The translations under genes were made by a program, and so were the position numbers. Shown piece by piece: positions 47,841-60,474 of a stretch of 64,000 nucleotides of DNA. The stretch spans positions 806,001-870,000 of the forward strand of contig NEEC01000002.1 of assembly GCA_002189035.1 (NCBI GenBank). The letters are read 5' to 3'. The notes beneath the pieces are model-generated. The model did not search any database. It worked only from the letters and a program-made list of their open reading frames with translations, and had not been told where the DNA came from. The stretch comes from Utricularia gibba. Its lineage: Eukaryota > Plantae > Magnoliophyta. Each line of letters begins with the position of its first letter. The first letter of the stretch is position 1.

Positions 47841-50800
47841 ATGGCTTCGCCATCTCTGCCATCCTCATCGGTTTCGCCTCTTGACCTTGTGGTGGCGGCG
47901 TTTTTCGGCGCTTCTGTAATGGCCATCACCGCATTCTTCTTTCACAAGCGGAGCGTCGATCAGGCACTTGATCGCCTCTTGGACCTTAGCAACCGCCTCT
48001 CTGATGACGAAGAAGTTGAACCTTTTGATCGCCATGGGAGTGAAGAGATACGGAGGGCGGAAAACTCCTTTTACGATCGTGATGACGATGGGAATGGCGG
48101 TGAGGAGAGCGATTTACACTTTGCTGAGTGTAGTGCGAGAGTCACGGAGGAAGAATTTGACGGTGTGGAGGCTATTTCGAAAATAATGCCGAAGTCATTG
48201 GGTGAAGGTGGCCTAATGCCTTCTAGGTTACCTCTTTTGACTGATCAGAAAAATGGTAAGCGTTTGGTTCCACAACGTTATCAGGCAAAATAAAATTTTT
48301 AGTAGTTTTAGTTTACAAATGTTGATATGCGCAGGAAAAAATCAACATGTTGGCACGAATGTGAGTCTTGAAGCATCAAGGGATGCTGTATTTGAAAGAA
48401 AAAAGTATCCTGATGTAAGTGGAACTGAACTTGTAGACAGATACTGTGATCAAGGGTTGCTGAATCGATATTTCCTCCTTGTGAAGTCCCCGGTTCAGGT
48501 TTATTCATTAAGCTTCCGGTAAATATATTTTTAAAAAATTTAAGCCTGCAGGAAAACAAGCTAGTGCATCAAAATGGGGGCGTTTGGAGCACACTGTCAC
48601 AAAAAAGGATTCTAGAATTTGAAATGAAGTCAAGTGAACATCTTGCCAACAGAAACTTCGGTACATCTTCAGATTCTATATCTGATAGTGTTTTAAATAT
48701 CCAGTTCTCAAAAAAATTAGCCCAACTTTTGTTGTTAACTAAATAGGTAACTTTTGCGTATGTGCATATCTTGTACCTGGTCGTATTTTTGAATCACTAG
48801 ATTCTGCTTCTGGTGTTTTGCAATACATGTTCAGAGTCAGTCAGACATGAAGATCAAGAAGTGCTGAAAATGATACGGGGTTGCTTGGATTTGAGGGAGA
48901 AATATGTGTTCAGGGAAAATGTTGTTCCATGGACTAAAAATGTCAAAGATTCTTGCCGGAAGAATGCTAACAATGATCCATTCCACTTCATCCCTGTTAA
49001 GCCCTCTTCAGTATGTTGGAAAACAGAAGATAGATATAATTTATTCAGATTTTTTTTTCTTGTGCTTTTCCTATAGAAATATTGTTAAGCTGCTTGATTT
49101 ATGCCATCCCTCTCATATGCCGAGCAGCATATCTTCAGAATGGAAGATGGAGTCATACATGTCTATGCAGGCAACAATGGTAAGTAAAAACTTGAATGCG
49201 TTCTTATACTTTGAATGGGAAGTCTCATTATTAACATTTGCGTTTTTTGGATTTAGATACGGAAGAGCTATTCCCTGTTCCTAGTTCTACAGCATTTTTC
49301 ACTGACATGCATCATCTTCTGAAAGTAATGTCCCATGGAACTGTTCGAACAACATGCCACCAGCGGTTGCATTTAGTTGAGGAAGTAATGATGTATACTC
49401 TGAACCTTTCACATTCATCCACAAATGGTACTCCTCTGTTCATTATTAACAAACTATGTCTTCTCCAGAAATTCCGACTTCATTTGTTGCTGAATGCTGA
49501 TCTTGAGTTGCTGGCCCAGAAGAGTGCACCTCATCGTGACTTCTACAACATAAGAAAAGTTGACACTCATGTTCATCATTCTGCATGCATGAACCAAAAG
49601 CATCTTCTGAAATTTATCAAGTTAAAGTTAAGAAATGAACCAAATGAGGTATTCTTGTCAATCAGGACTTTTCAATTTATTGCTCTCTTTTGAAATCCTT
49701 CTAAGGTGTAGCTCATCTTCTCGCCTAATGCTGTAATGTGATGCTATTTTAAATTTTCACAGGTTGTCATCTATCGTGATGGGCAATATCTTACCTTGAA
49801 AGAAGTCTTTGACAGCTTAGACTTGACAGGGTTTGTTTTAGTACAACTCATCTAATTTATTTTTAACAGTTAGATCTCTGATGTTTAATCAGCATGCATA
49901 ATGCAGGTATGATCTTAATGTCGACTTGTTGGATGTACATGCTGACAAGAGTACCTTCCACAGATTTGATAAATTTAATCTCAAATACAATCCTTGCGGC
50001 CAGAGTAGACTTAGAGAAATTTTTCTGAAGCAGGATAACCTCATTCAAGGTTTCTCCTGTTTTTAGACTTGGAAAAAACAAAAGTTCAGGCATTGCTTGA
50101 TTGCTAAATAACTTAATTTTTATCATGCCCATGATCCAGGGTAGTAGTCAGTTGACAAGTTACTCTTTCATGACAATTGATTTTTTTTTTTTTTACATTT
50201 TTTATTTATAAAAGTTACATTGACTGTTATAAATTTTGTGGGCATTTGTTCCTAGAGTTTCTATTTTTCATTTATCACATGATCAATGTTAAGAAATTTG
50301 GCAAGGCACATGACTTGCTATTTGAGGCATCTTTTTTACATCATTCACCATAGCTCTCGTTGTGAAAAAACAAACACCAGTTTAAATGATCTCATGGAAC
50401 TTCTTTAGCAACCTTTGGCCACAGATAATATAGATGAAATGCCATAACTTTTTTCATTCTCAGGACGTTTCCTTGCTGAAGTGACAAAGCAGGTTTTATC
50501 TGATCTAGAAGCAAGTAAATACCAGGTATCGTTCATCTGGCTTTTGTTCTCTTATATATGGATTGTTCTAGTTAATTTAGAAGTGGTTGTTTGCCCGATC
50601 AAACTTAGTGAAAGACATTGCTTTGTGGTGCATTCCTCGATCCCTATCTGGAAAAATAACAAGTTTGAGTAAAGGGAAACTCAGTGTAGTCTGATAATTG
50701 CACTTTTCAGATGGCCGAGTACCGAATTTCTATTTATGGGAGAAAACAGAGTGAATGGGATCAGCTAGCTAGCTGGTTTGTGAACAACCAAATTTATAGT

Positions 50801-52605
50801 CCTAATGCTGTGTGGTTGATTCAGGTAAGTATTTTGGTGGCCACGCAATTATCATGCCTAGCCTTCATAACTGTCCTACTAACTGTAACATTTAATTGAA
50901 AGTTAACTGCGGTTAGATTAACTTGATTTATGTGATTATAGTGTGACTCTTAACTTTTTCAGTTGCCAAGATTATACAATTTGTACAAGAGGATGGGAAC
51001 AGTCACATCCTTCCAGAACATGCTAGACAACATCTTTATTCCACTTTTTGAAGTTACTGTTGACCCGAATTCTCACCCACAGTTGCACCTTTTTTTACTG
51101 CAGGTTAAGACATTATTGCAACCTCATTTTTTACTTATTGAATTACGTATCCAAAGGTGAAGGTGTTGTTTGCTAAATGTTTGTGATACAGGTTGTGGGT
51201 TTTGACATGGTAGATGATGAAAGTAAGCCAGAGCGCCGTCCAACAAAGCACATGCCAACTCCTCCACAGTGGACAAATGAATTTAATCCTGCATTTTCTT
51301 ACTATGCTTATTACTGCTATGCGAATCTATACACTCTTAACAAGGTGGAGTGCCCATAACTCTAGTCAGCCACCCCCCACTCCCCGCAAGCCACAATCCT
51401 CTTATGAAATGCTTACTTTTTAATAAAAAATTGTTTACACTACGTGAAATAATTTTTTTTTCATATTGAATCCTCTCTTATCATTCCACCTCATATTCTT
51501 CATCCTTGGCAGCTCCGCGAAACTAAAGGATTGCCAGCCATCAGCTTTCGTCCCCACTGTGGTGAGGTTGTATTCTGAGTCTAGCCTGCATGCTGCAAGA
51601 TGCCTTGAATTTTTCTCTAAAACTTTTTAACACCCCCTACTGCAGGCTGGAGATATTGATCATTTAGCAGCAGGGTTCCTTCTTTGTCATAACATTTCAC
51701 ATGGAATAAATCTGCGGAAATCTCCACTCTTGCAATACCTATATTATCTAGCGCAGGTTTGTTGATAAATGTTACATGCATTGATTGGATGTTCATCAAT
51801 ATGCTTTTTTCCTTTCAGATGAATCGTAAAGAATGTATATAATGCAATCTACCATGAGAATGGGTTTTGCTGCTTGTAATATTTGTTCATGTCTAATAAC
51901 AACTTCACAAATTTGGTTTGAACGTTCAGGTTGGCTTGGCAATGTCACCACTAAGCAACAATTCGCTTTTCTTGGATTATAACCGCAACCCCTTTCTAAT
52001 GTTCTTCCAACGTGGCCTAAATGTCTCACTCTCAACTGATGATCCACTGCAAATCCATTTAACCAAAGAACCTCTCGTTGAAGAATACAGTGTGGCAGCA
52101 AAGGTACGGTTTGTTTCTCACCTTTTTCGATCTCCCTAGGCATATTTCTCCAAGATACTTCTTCAACCAGGTCTGGAAGCTTAGCTCTTGTGACCTTTGC
52201 GAGATAGCAAGAAATTCTGTCTACCAGTCTGGTTTTCCCCATGCAGCAAAGGTTAGACCTTCAAACCGATTTTGCTGCATAAGCCGGTTAACGTTTTCCT
52301 GCTCAGTATTTCGTAGTTACAAATGGTTCAATAACTGCATCTGTAGTTGCACTGGCTTGGAGATGGATATTATAAGATGGGACCTGACGGGAATGATATA
52401 CACAAGTCTAATGTACCAAATATACGAATTTCTTTCAGACATGAGGCAAGCATATATCATCCTCGTTATTGCGGTTCCTTTCTCTTTGCATCAATGCTTA
52501 CTTTTAACTGTTTCTTTATGCTTTTTGTCTTTGCAGACTTGGAGAGCTGAGATGCGATTTCTACATGGTGGAGAAGTCATTCTTCCACTAGAGATCGATC
52601 ACTAA
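47841..52605 (+). CDS. AMPD: AMP deaminase (FAC1-like) with an N-terminal membrane anchor, multi-exon
   Basis: [11 protein letters not shown] anchor, [35 protein letters not shown]; the exon chain could be followed to the TAA at 52605. The last intron is GC-AG (52446-52536). Confidence 0.92.
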
Positions 52606-53042
52606 CACTAGCATCAAAACTCTGCTTCCAAATTTCCTATTAACACCTGGTTTTTAATTTGGGAACTTCATTCTGGGAATTCGCATTCAAAATTAGCTTG
52701 TCTTCATAATTGGCAAGGTCCAGGGGCTTGGTATGTCTTTAAAGACATATGTGCTGTATCTTATGCAAATACGTTGCTGGAAATCATTGCCTTCTTTTAC
52801 TACAGAAGATCAGTTTAGTCGGAATAAAACCCAAGTTCATGTCTGCTGCTTTGAGAACAAAATCTTACTATTTTCCACGGGGTGATTTATCTTTTTTCGA
52901 GTTGTCACTTCCAGAATGTATTCTTGTCTGTGAAAAGGTACTGAAGTTGGGTACTATAAGGGCAGCTATCAACCCTCAATGATGAAGAGATAAGCATCCG
53001 CAGGAACAGAGAGCGAGGGAAGCAAGAAACTTGAGGGGGGAA

Positions 53043-53606
53043 ATGGGAGCCAATGCCTCTTCTTGTGGTTACAGGAGGAACCTGATAACAAAACCTACTG
53101 TGAAACCAGCCAAAAAAGGTCAAGTCATTCAATTTCATTCTTCATCAAAGTGGAAGAACCATTTTGATGCCTCCAAGCAGACTTCAAAACTGGTACCCAA
53201 GTCTGTCTATCATCTCCACTGCATTCTTAACAGATATGATTTTTCGGATGATTTTTTCTCTCGTCACAGATTGTTATCTACTTCACTGCCACTTGGTGCG
53301 GGCCGTGTCAGCTCATTCAGCCTGCCTTTACAGCCTTCGCAGAAAGGTATTCTGATGTGGATTTCATCAAGATCGATGTCGATGAGCTGATGGTAAGCTG
53401 TTTATTTCCCATAATTCATTCAATGGTTGCTCTGTGTTATTATTGTTCTGTGAAAGAAAAAACCCATTTGACAGAACGTAGCAGAGGAGTTTGCAGTGCA
53501 GACCATGCCCACATTCATACTGATGAAGAAAGGCAAGCAAGTTGACAAAGTTGTTGGCGCTAAAGAGGAAGACCTCCAGAGGAAGATAGAGAAACACAGG
53601 CGCTGA
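53043..53606 (+). CDS. TRXh: Thioredoxin h (subgroup II-like, N-terminal MG extension); exons 53043-53192, 53270-53392, 53475-53606
   Basis: WCGPC active site, [28 protein letters not shown]; canonical Trx-h intron positions. Confidence 0.92.
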
Positions 53607-53992
53607 AAATCACTTCTTGGAACCTGGAGTTCTTGTTCCAAGATCCCTATCACCCTTGTAGAACACCAAAGCACCTCTCATGGTGCATTCATATCCTATT
53701 ACTAGAATGAAGTACTTATTTAATAGTTACCATCTGCAAACCTCGAGGTTTCGAGCGTAAAAACACGGATAAAAAATATGAATGCTTTCATTCACCATTC
53801 TGATATAAGACAATCTATCACAACTCATCTTATGTTGCATCAGTAGTGGAGCTTAACATTTCCAGCTATTGAAAAAAAAAACAGACAGGATGGCACCTTC
53901 TCCTACCTATGCGCCACGAGCTTTCTGGTTTAAACAAGCTTATATACACTTGGTCTAGAGTTCAGAAGGCAAACTTCAATGATCTTATTTCA

Positions 53993-55320
53993 TCAATGGC
54001 TCGTCCTGCCCAAGACCCGTCTCAGTTCTGATTTCTGTTCTGCAGAAAGTCTTGAAGGGAACTTGACATCGAATTTGATCCTCAAATTCCCATGTTTACC
54101 AGGCTCTTTTGATATTGGCATTCCTTCATTTTCAATCACCATTTCCTGGCCAGGTTTGATGGTATCTGATAGAGAAACAGCAATATCTCTTCCATCCAAT
54201 GAGGTAATGTGCAAATCCTTTCCTGTAAGAGCATCTAGCAGAGAAATCTTCTGATGAATCATCAGATCATTACCATTCCTTCGAAATACCGGATGCGGCT
54301 TCTCATCGATGACAAAGATGAGGTCTCCTGGAGCGACACTTGGTTCATGGTTACCCTTCTCAGGAAACGTGATTCTGGTACCCTTCTTCCAACCAGGCTT
54401 TATGTTTATGGATAAAACCTCTTCCACCATCATTGGCTTACTACAGAGCATGAGTAGCAGAACGTTCAAGTAGTAGATATCAGTAGAAATCATATGAACA
54501 AATCAAATGTCAATGTTTTTAATCTTCATTAGGCTTGAGCAAGAAAACCATCTATAGGAATTTGCTAAGTTTTTGTTCCTAACTGCAGATGCAACCCCCC
54601 CTGGTAAAGTGAAAAGCTGCACAGGGCTATGAAAGGATGAATGCACATGAGGAGTTCAGAAGATAATGATGCTGAAGGTTTGAAAAACTAGGTAGACGAC
54701 TCCCCAAATCCGATGTCTCATTTCCCAGACAACCAAATGAGGGATCAAGAAGTAGTCAAAACATTTGGAGAATTGATATCACATATGAATGCTGAAATCC
54801 ACTACTCTCAGTTTTACCTACCCTGCATCATCAAGAACGATTCTTGAAATCTTCATCTTTCTCTTTGATCCCTTGTACAGCTCCTCCAAGGTACACGTCA
54901 ATTTGGTCTCCACGTCCGCCGCCTTATCTAACTTCCGGCCGCCCCCGCCATCCGCATTTTGCTCTTCCCGGACATGAAACCCACCAAAAAATTCCTCGAA
55001 AATATCCTCAGCGTTTCTGGGATTGTACTTGAACCCCCTCCCAGACACCACATCCCTTCCATTGGAACCCGGGGCGGAAACATACCAGACCCGGACTTCA
55101 AACCTTCCTCCCCGAACAAATCATAGATCTGCCTCCTCTGTGGATCACTCAACACATCATACGCCTCGCTAATCTGCTTGAACTTAGCCTCCGCTTCCGC
55201 AGGATTCATCGCATTCTTATCCGGGTGCCATTTCATCGCCAATCTCTTATACGATTTCTTCAGATCCTCCTCAGTGGAGGACCTCGAGACCTTCAATACG
55301 TTGTAATAATCGACACCCAT
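53993..55320 (-). CDS. Type II DnaJ/HSP40 (DNAJB-like); exons 55320-54822 and 54440-53993, with a 1-nt frameshift at 55068-55074
   Basis: J domain (MGVDYY..WHPDKN), G/F region ([17 protein letters not shown]) and CTD ([29 protein letters not shown]). The frame is restored by one extra C in CCCC. Confidence 0.92.
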
Positions 55321-58300
55321 CAGAACTTTCTTCCGCCCACAAAGGTAGATGGACACTCCACTCTACAGTACACCCCCTTCCCTGTTCCTGGGGACTGGTG
55401 ATGCTCAGACTGCATAATGGGCACTGTACTCCATCACTTTATAGGAAAAGGGTGTCTGGGTCATTCTCGAATACAGTGAAAACGATAAAATTTAGGGGCC
55501 GGTCACCCCCTCGATGGAGGACGTTTGTCAACGTCGAACCCGGGCGCCACCATCGGATTTCCCAACGCCTCAAATCCCCCGCCCCACCCGTGTACCCCTC
55601 TGCCATCATCCCTTGTAAAAATCACTCTCCCATGTGCGACCCATCGGAATAGCATTCACAACCAAGCCCCCAACATTCCGATCATCAGCTACCTCATCCC
55701 AATGCCTGTGATTGATAAATCGTTTAATACTAGAATATTAGTATGATTAAGTATAATGTAATTAAATATATATATACCTTTTATATTCTAAGATATAAAT
55801 TTAAATATATGAATAATATAGATATAATTAATCTATCCACATCCCATTTATATAATCATTTATATGTTTAAAAATCAATTATTTGAATGATATAATTATA
55901 CAAGATAAGATATATATATATATACTAGATAATCAAACAACGTTATATATATATATAAATTCTATAGCCAATTATCAAACACCATCTCGACCAAATAAAG
56001 AAACACACCATCATGATACACGTGTATGAAAAACTAGTTATTATTACCATAAAATTTCCCGGTAAGGATGATCAAATGAGTACCAACACATGAACAGCAG
56101 TCTTTAAGAGGTGATTAAGGGGTGACATCACATACGTATACATACAAACAAACCATTAAACTGCATGACACGTCAGCGTCGGTGAAGATGAGGAGACAGA
56201 GAATTTAAGTGTGCTGGGGATGTTCCTCCTATAAATCCGAAGGGGACTCTCCACCCGGGGGCCCCACATTTATTGTTTGAAATATAGGTCGGGTCGGGAT
56301 ACGGACCGAAAATTTAAACATGGTTGTAGAGAAATAATCAAATTTCACTCTATTTTAATTATTTTCAATCAAATATATTATTTAATATCGGTACGACGTC
56401 GCGTCAACCGCATTGTGACACATCATGGCTGGCTGGGGACCAGTGCGTGGGTAATTGATTAAAAAGGCGGATATGTAGATTGGGCTTTAAATTGGAGACA
56501 GGCCCATTCACATGAGACATGGGCTTTTATTGTTTGATTTTAAAATTTTTATCCAAGATGTTAACAAGTAGAGTTATAACGATTTCATACCTGTATTATA
56601 TGATATTATTTGTTTCGAATATTTAATTTTTATGATTATATATTTTCTCTATCTTTAGCTTATTTTTTCAGAAGATCGCCCATCTTTAAATTATTCAAAA
56701 TCATATTTAAATTTAGAGTTTTTATAAAATATCATCCATCCTATTTAAAAAAAGATTTCGTACAAGATTTATTTAATTTCATCTTATCTCATAATGTATG
56801 TGGAATTTAACTAATTCATCCTCCCTCAAATGGGACATCACATTTTCCCTCATTTGGAAACTCAATTACTCCATCATTGATTACATGTCTATGTTTGAGT
56901 ATAATATCAAATATAACGATTCATTTATTTTTATCATGATATTATTCATTTGGAGTAAACAATTCTTATGAATTTACATTTTTTTTATCAAATCATTCAA
57001 TTTTGTTGTTTCTATAAAAAATCTTCCCTACCCTAGAAAATAACTAGTACAAAATTTACTTTGTGGGTTTACTCAATTTCACCCGATCGTATTTACCAAG
57101 GCACTTCCACGCTCGGGCATCACATAGGGCAGGTTTGTGGCCCGGAGGAAGCTCCGCCGTTGGATGAAATCGACAGCGCGGCGCGCAAGGAACGTCCCCA
57201 ATTCCGAAGGTGTGGATGCCTCTCCCCGGGGTCCCCCGCTTCGCTGCCCTGGAATCCTTCCAATCGATTGAATCGGATTCCCCGTAGCGTAGCGTCACAG
57301 TGAGGCGTTGCAGCAGAGAAGCAACATCTGGAATCCGGAAGCGAGGGCAGGGAGCGATTGCGGAAGGTAGGAGTGGGGCTTTCGATTGATGGAGCGTGTC
57401 TACCCAAATCGGGCGCCCTTCGCTTTTTCCTCATCCATTTTTGCCTCAGCACAAGTTAGGCGGGCGTTATCGCCCTCCCCCTTCAATCATCTCTATGCAC
57501 CCCCTTTGGCGTAGGGACCACGCTTCCTTCCTATTACCTTATTTTTCCACACACGCAAGTCACCGGATCCAACCCCCAACCCATCATCCCTACACCCGAC
57601 CCGAACCGAACTTTCCCCATACCACCAAAGATATTACGTATATTAATTTTTTAATTTTACAAAAATAGTGTTAAAATTAGGATGTATTTGATAGTTGGTT
57701 CTAATATATTACACGATAAGATTTTGGGCCTGTTCGTGTTATTAATTTTTTGATGTAATTTTATTTAATTTTTGAAAATTTTAATTTTAGTTGATATGTA
57801 CTAAAATCAGAAATTAAGATTGTGTGATTAAATTAAGAAATTATTGAATTTCTTAAATCATTTATATCATAACATTAAATTATACAATAATTTGATATAT
57901 TAAACTTTGTAATATATATTTTATTTTATTAAATTTTATGATATAATTTTATGTTATTCTAGAAAATAGTTTTACAATCTCAAATTGATTGCATTTTACA
58001 TAATTTGAAGCATTAGATAACATTTCCTTTATATTTTTGAATCAAATGTTAAATTTTTACTAAAATTAATTGTATGTGGGGAATTAGAAATATACTAAAT
58101 AAGGAAATATGTTTTAAGTCAAAAGAAAGAATTGAATGCAGCAGTTACCAAGGGAGGAGGCAACCCAAAATGTTGATACATAATTAAGCCGTTAATAACT
58201 ATCATTATCGCCCGTCTTCCCATAAATGCTATGGTTAATCATGGTTTATTGCTGACTAATCGAGCTTGATCATTGTTAAATTAAGTAAGTGATTAGGCCC

Positions 58301-58787
58301 CCGTGGTACGTTAATTACTTGCCGTAAATACAGCTGGGGCCGGGACGCCAGGGGTCTTTGCGTCATTAACTGCGTCGCCGGGCCCCCCAACTTTTCCCTT
58401 TTTAATTAATTCAATGCGATACTGACTAATAATGAATACTCGTGTGCTTCACTTTCCATGGGGTGAAGAATACCCGTCTACGTGTACGGTTAGCGGGTAC
58501 CCGACCCGGTTACTGCGTGAAATGTCTAAATGACCCCTTGCCCCCTGGGTAAAGTTGCGGGAATGGGCTGGTGCAGGTGCACCCGTTGTAGAGGATAACG
58601 GCATGGATGCCATAAGAAGACCCGGGGGGCTGGAGGAGGACAGGTTATCACCGGAAACCCTGGTTTGGTTGTCAGTTGGGAACTTCGCTCATTGGCTGCT
58701 TGGGAAGTGCCCATTCTCCGATCGTTTAACTTTGACTGCCGTTTTCGAATTGGTAGAGGCGGAATCCCGGCCTTAGATGATCGGAAA

Positions 58788-60474
58788 ATGGATCCTCAGG
58801 GGCCCGTGATAATGAACGTCTCCGGAGTTTATAACTTGTCCGAGATCTGGCCGGCGTTTCAGATGGGTGCGCCCACGACGTCGTTTGGCGTTGGTGCGGA
58901 TCCAATGGCCGCGAGGAATCGCACCCAGAAAGCACGGAAGCGAAGCGAGGAAGACGAATGCGCCAAGCCGAGAGCTTCGGCGAGTAATGGGAACGCGGTC
59001 AGCGACAGCATTGCAACGGTGATGGGTTAATTGAATCTTTTTTTACTTGCTAGTTCGATTTGGGGCTCATTTTACTCAGCGTAACCTTAAGAATTTGTGT
59101 ATTATGTTTGCTTGGTATCGCTGGTTATCCTTCTTCTCCAGTACTTGAAACCCATTATGCCACAGGGTGCTTGTGAGAGTAACAGAGTGAAACCACTTGA
59201 ATCACAGCACAATAGTGAAAATGAAGCTGAAGGAAAAAGGAATCTATTCAAGGCAGTGGAGGAAACAGGAAAGGTTGTCGAGACTCCAAAGCAAGACTTC
59301 ATCCACGTGCGAGCAAGAAGAGGCCAAGCCACAGACAGTCATAGTTTGGCTGAAAGGGTGATTTCAATTCACCTTTTTCTCCTAAGATCTACTTCTATCT
59401 GTTCATCACCCATGATGTAGCATTGAATGGTTTCGATTATGTGGTAGTTGCTAAGTATGTTAGAAGCGCTTGCTAATTGATTTTCTTTGCTTCATCTCTC
59501 TTGTGCAGGCTAGGAGAGAAAAGATCAGCGAGAGAATGAGAATTCTCCAGGATTTAGTTCCTGGTTGTAACAAAGTGAGTATTCAGAAGCTTTCCTTGGG
59601 AAATACTTCTGCGACTGCCTTGGAATTCCTTATTTCTTCTTATCCAATGAGATACTGCCTGCAAAAGCCATTTAGCAGATCAATCATCTTCAGACTCATC
59701 CTTTTTCCCTTGTGTTTTTTGTGAGATGTAGTACTTTTGTGCAGTTATGTGGGCACTTGTTGATTGCATGGTATTGCTACTTCATCAAAATCTTTAAGAT
59801 AGTCAATCTTTGCTGATCGGTTTTTGGTGTAACTTGATGAAGCCATTTTTAAACAAACACAAGCCTTACACCTGACATTGTGATGCTTAAGAGGATTCAA
59901 ATAAAAATTGTTGCTTTGTTTCAGGTGATTGGAAAAGCTTTAGTGCTTGATGAGATTATAAATTATATTCAATCACTGCAACGCCAAGTGGAGGTGGGAT
60001 ACCCTGTTCAATCTCTGTCTTTCTGTGCTTGCATTAGCTGATCTCTGAGATTGTCCCTCTTTCTTTTGACTGTTGTTTGGAATATCTTGGGTAACAAGAA
60101 CCGACTGTTCTTTGCAGTTTCTGTCTATGAAGCTTGAGGCAGTCAATGCAAGGATAGGACTTGATGGATATTCTCCCAAAAGTGTAAGTGATTTAAGCAT
60201 ATATCACTGTATGATTGTAAATTTCTGCCTTTTCTCCTATTCATTTTACCAAAACACAAAGGCAATGCATAAGTTCTTCATATAACTACATATATATTCC
60301 CTCTTTCATAGTTGAATTCCTCCTCTTCAGCAGTTCACTCAGCAAATTTATGAAGCTCCTAGTGTTGCATACGGTTCCCAAAGGGTGTCATCGCCAGACT
60401 GGCTGCATATGCAGATTGGTGGAGGATGTGAACGAAACTCCTGGCAGATCCTCCCATCAACTCCAGAAAAGTGA
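58788..60474 (+). CDS. BPE: BIGPETAL-like bHLH (BPE/bHLH79 clade); exons 58788-59018, 59166-59357, 59509-59574, 59925-59993, 60118-60183, 60330/60333-60474
   Basis: MDP...[45 protein letters not shown] and the C-terminal [12 protein letters not shown] found in BPEub. Confidence 0.85.

Noticed and set aside
47879-47891. TCTTGACCTTGT, the other half of tasiARF
   Set aside because: It lies inside AMPD exon 1; a chance 12-mer.
9835-55074. Programmed -1 ribosomal frameshifting as an explanation for the frameshifted genes
   Set aside because: No X XXY YYZ slippery heptamers or downstream pseudoknots were evident, the genes are unrelated, and the sites fit the long-read homopolymer error model.
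55462-55471. TTCtcGAA heat-shock element upstream of DnaJ
   Set aside because: Only two nGAAn units; a functional HSE usually needs three.
12121-58510. Scattered CCCGACCCG/AACCG and AATACCCC motifs (about 12150, 18850, 31920, 41460, 56290, 57595, 58495) suggesting hAT or Mutator MITE relics
   Set aside because: I could not delimit paired TIRs or target-site duplications by eye, so no element is called.
58566-58585. Possible miR530 target site in the BPE leader
   Set aside because: The mismatches fall opposite the miRNA 5' seed.
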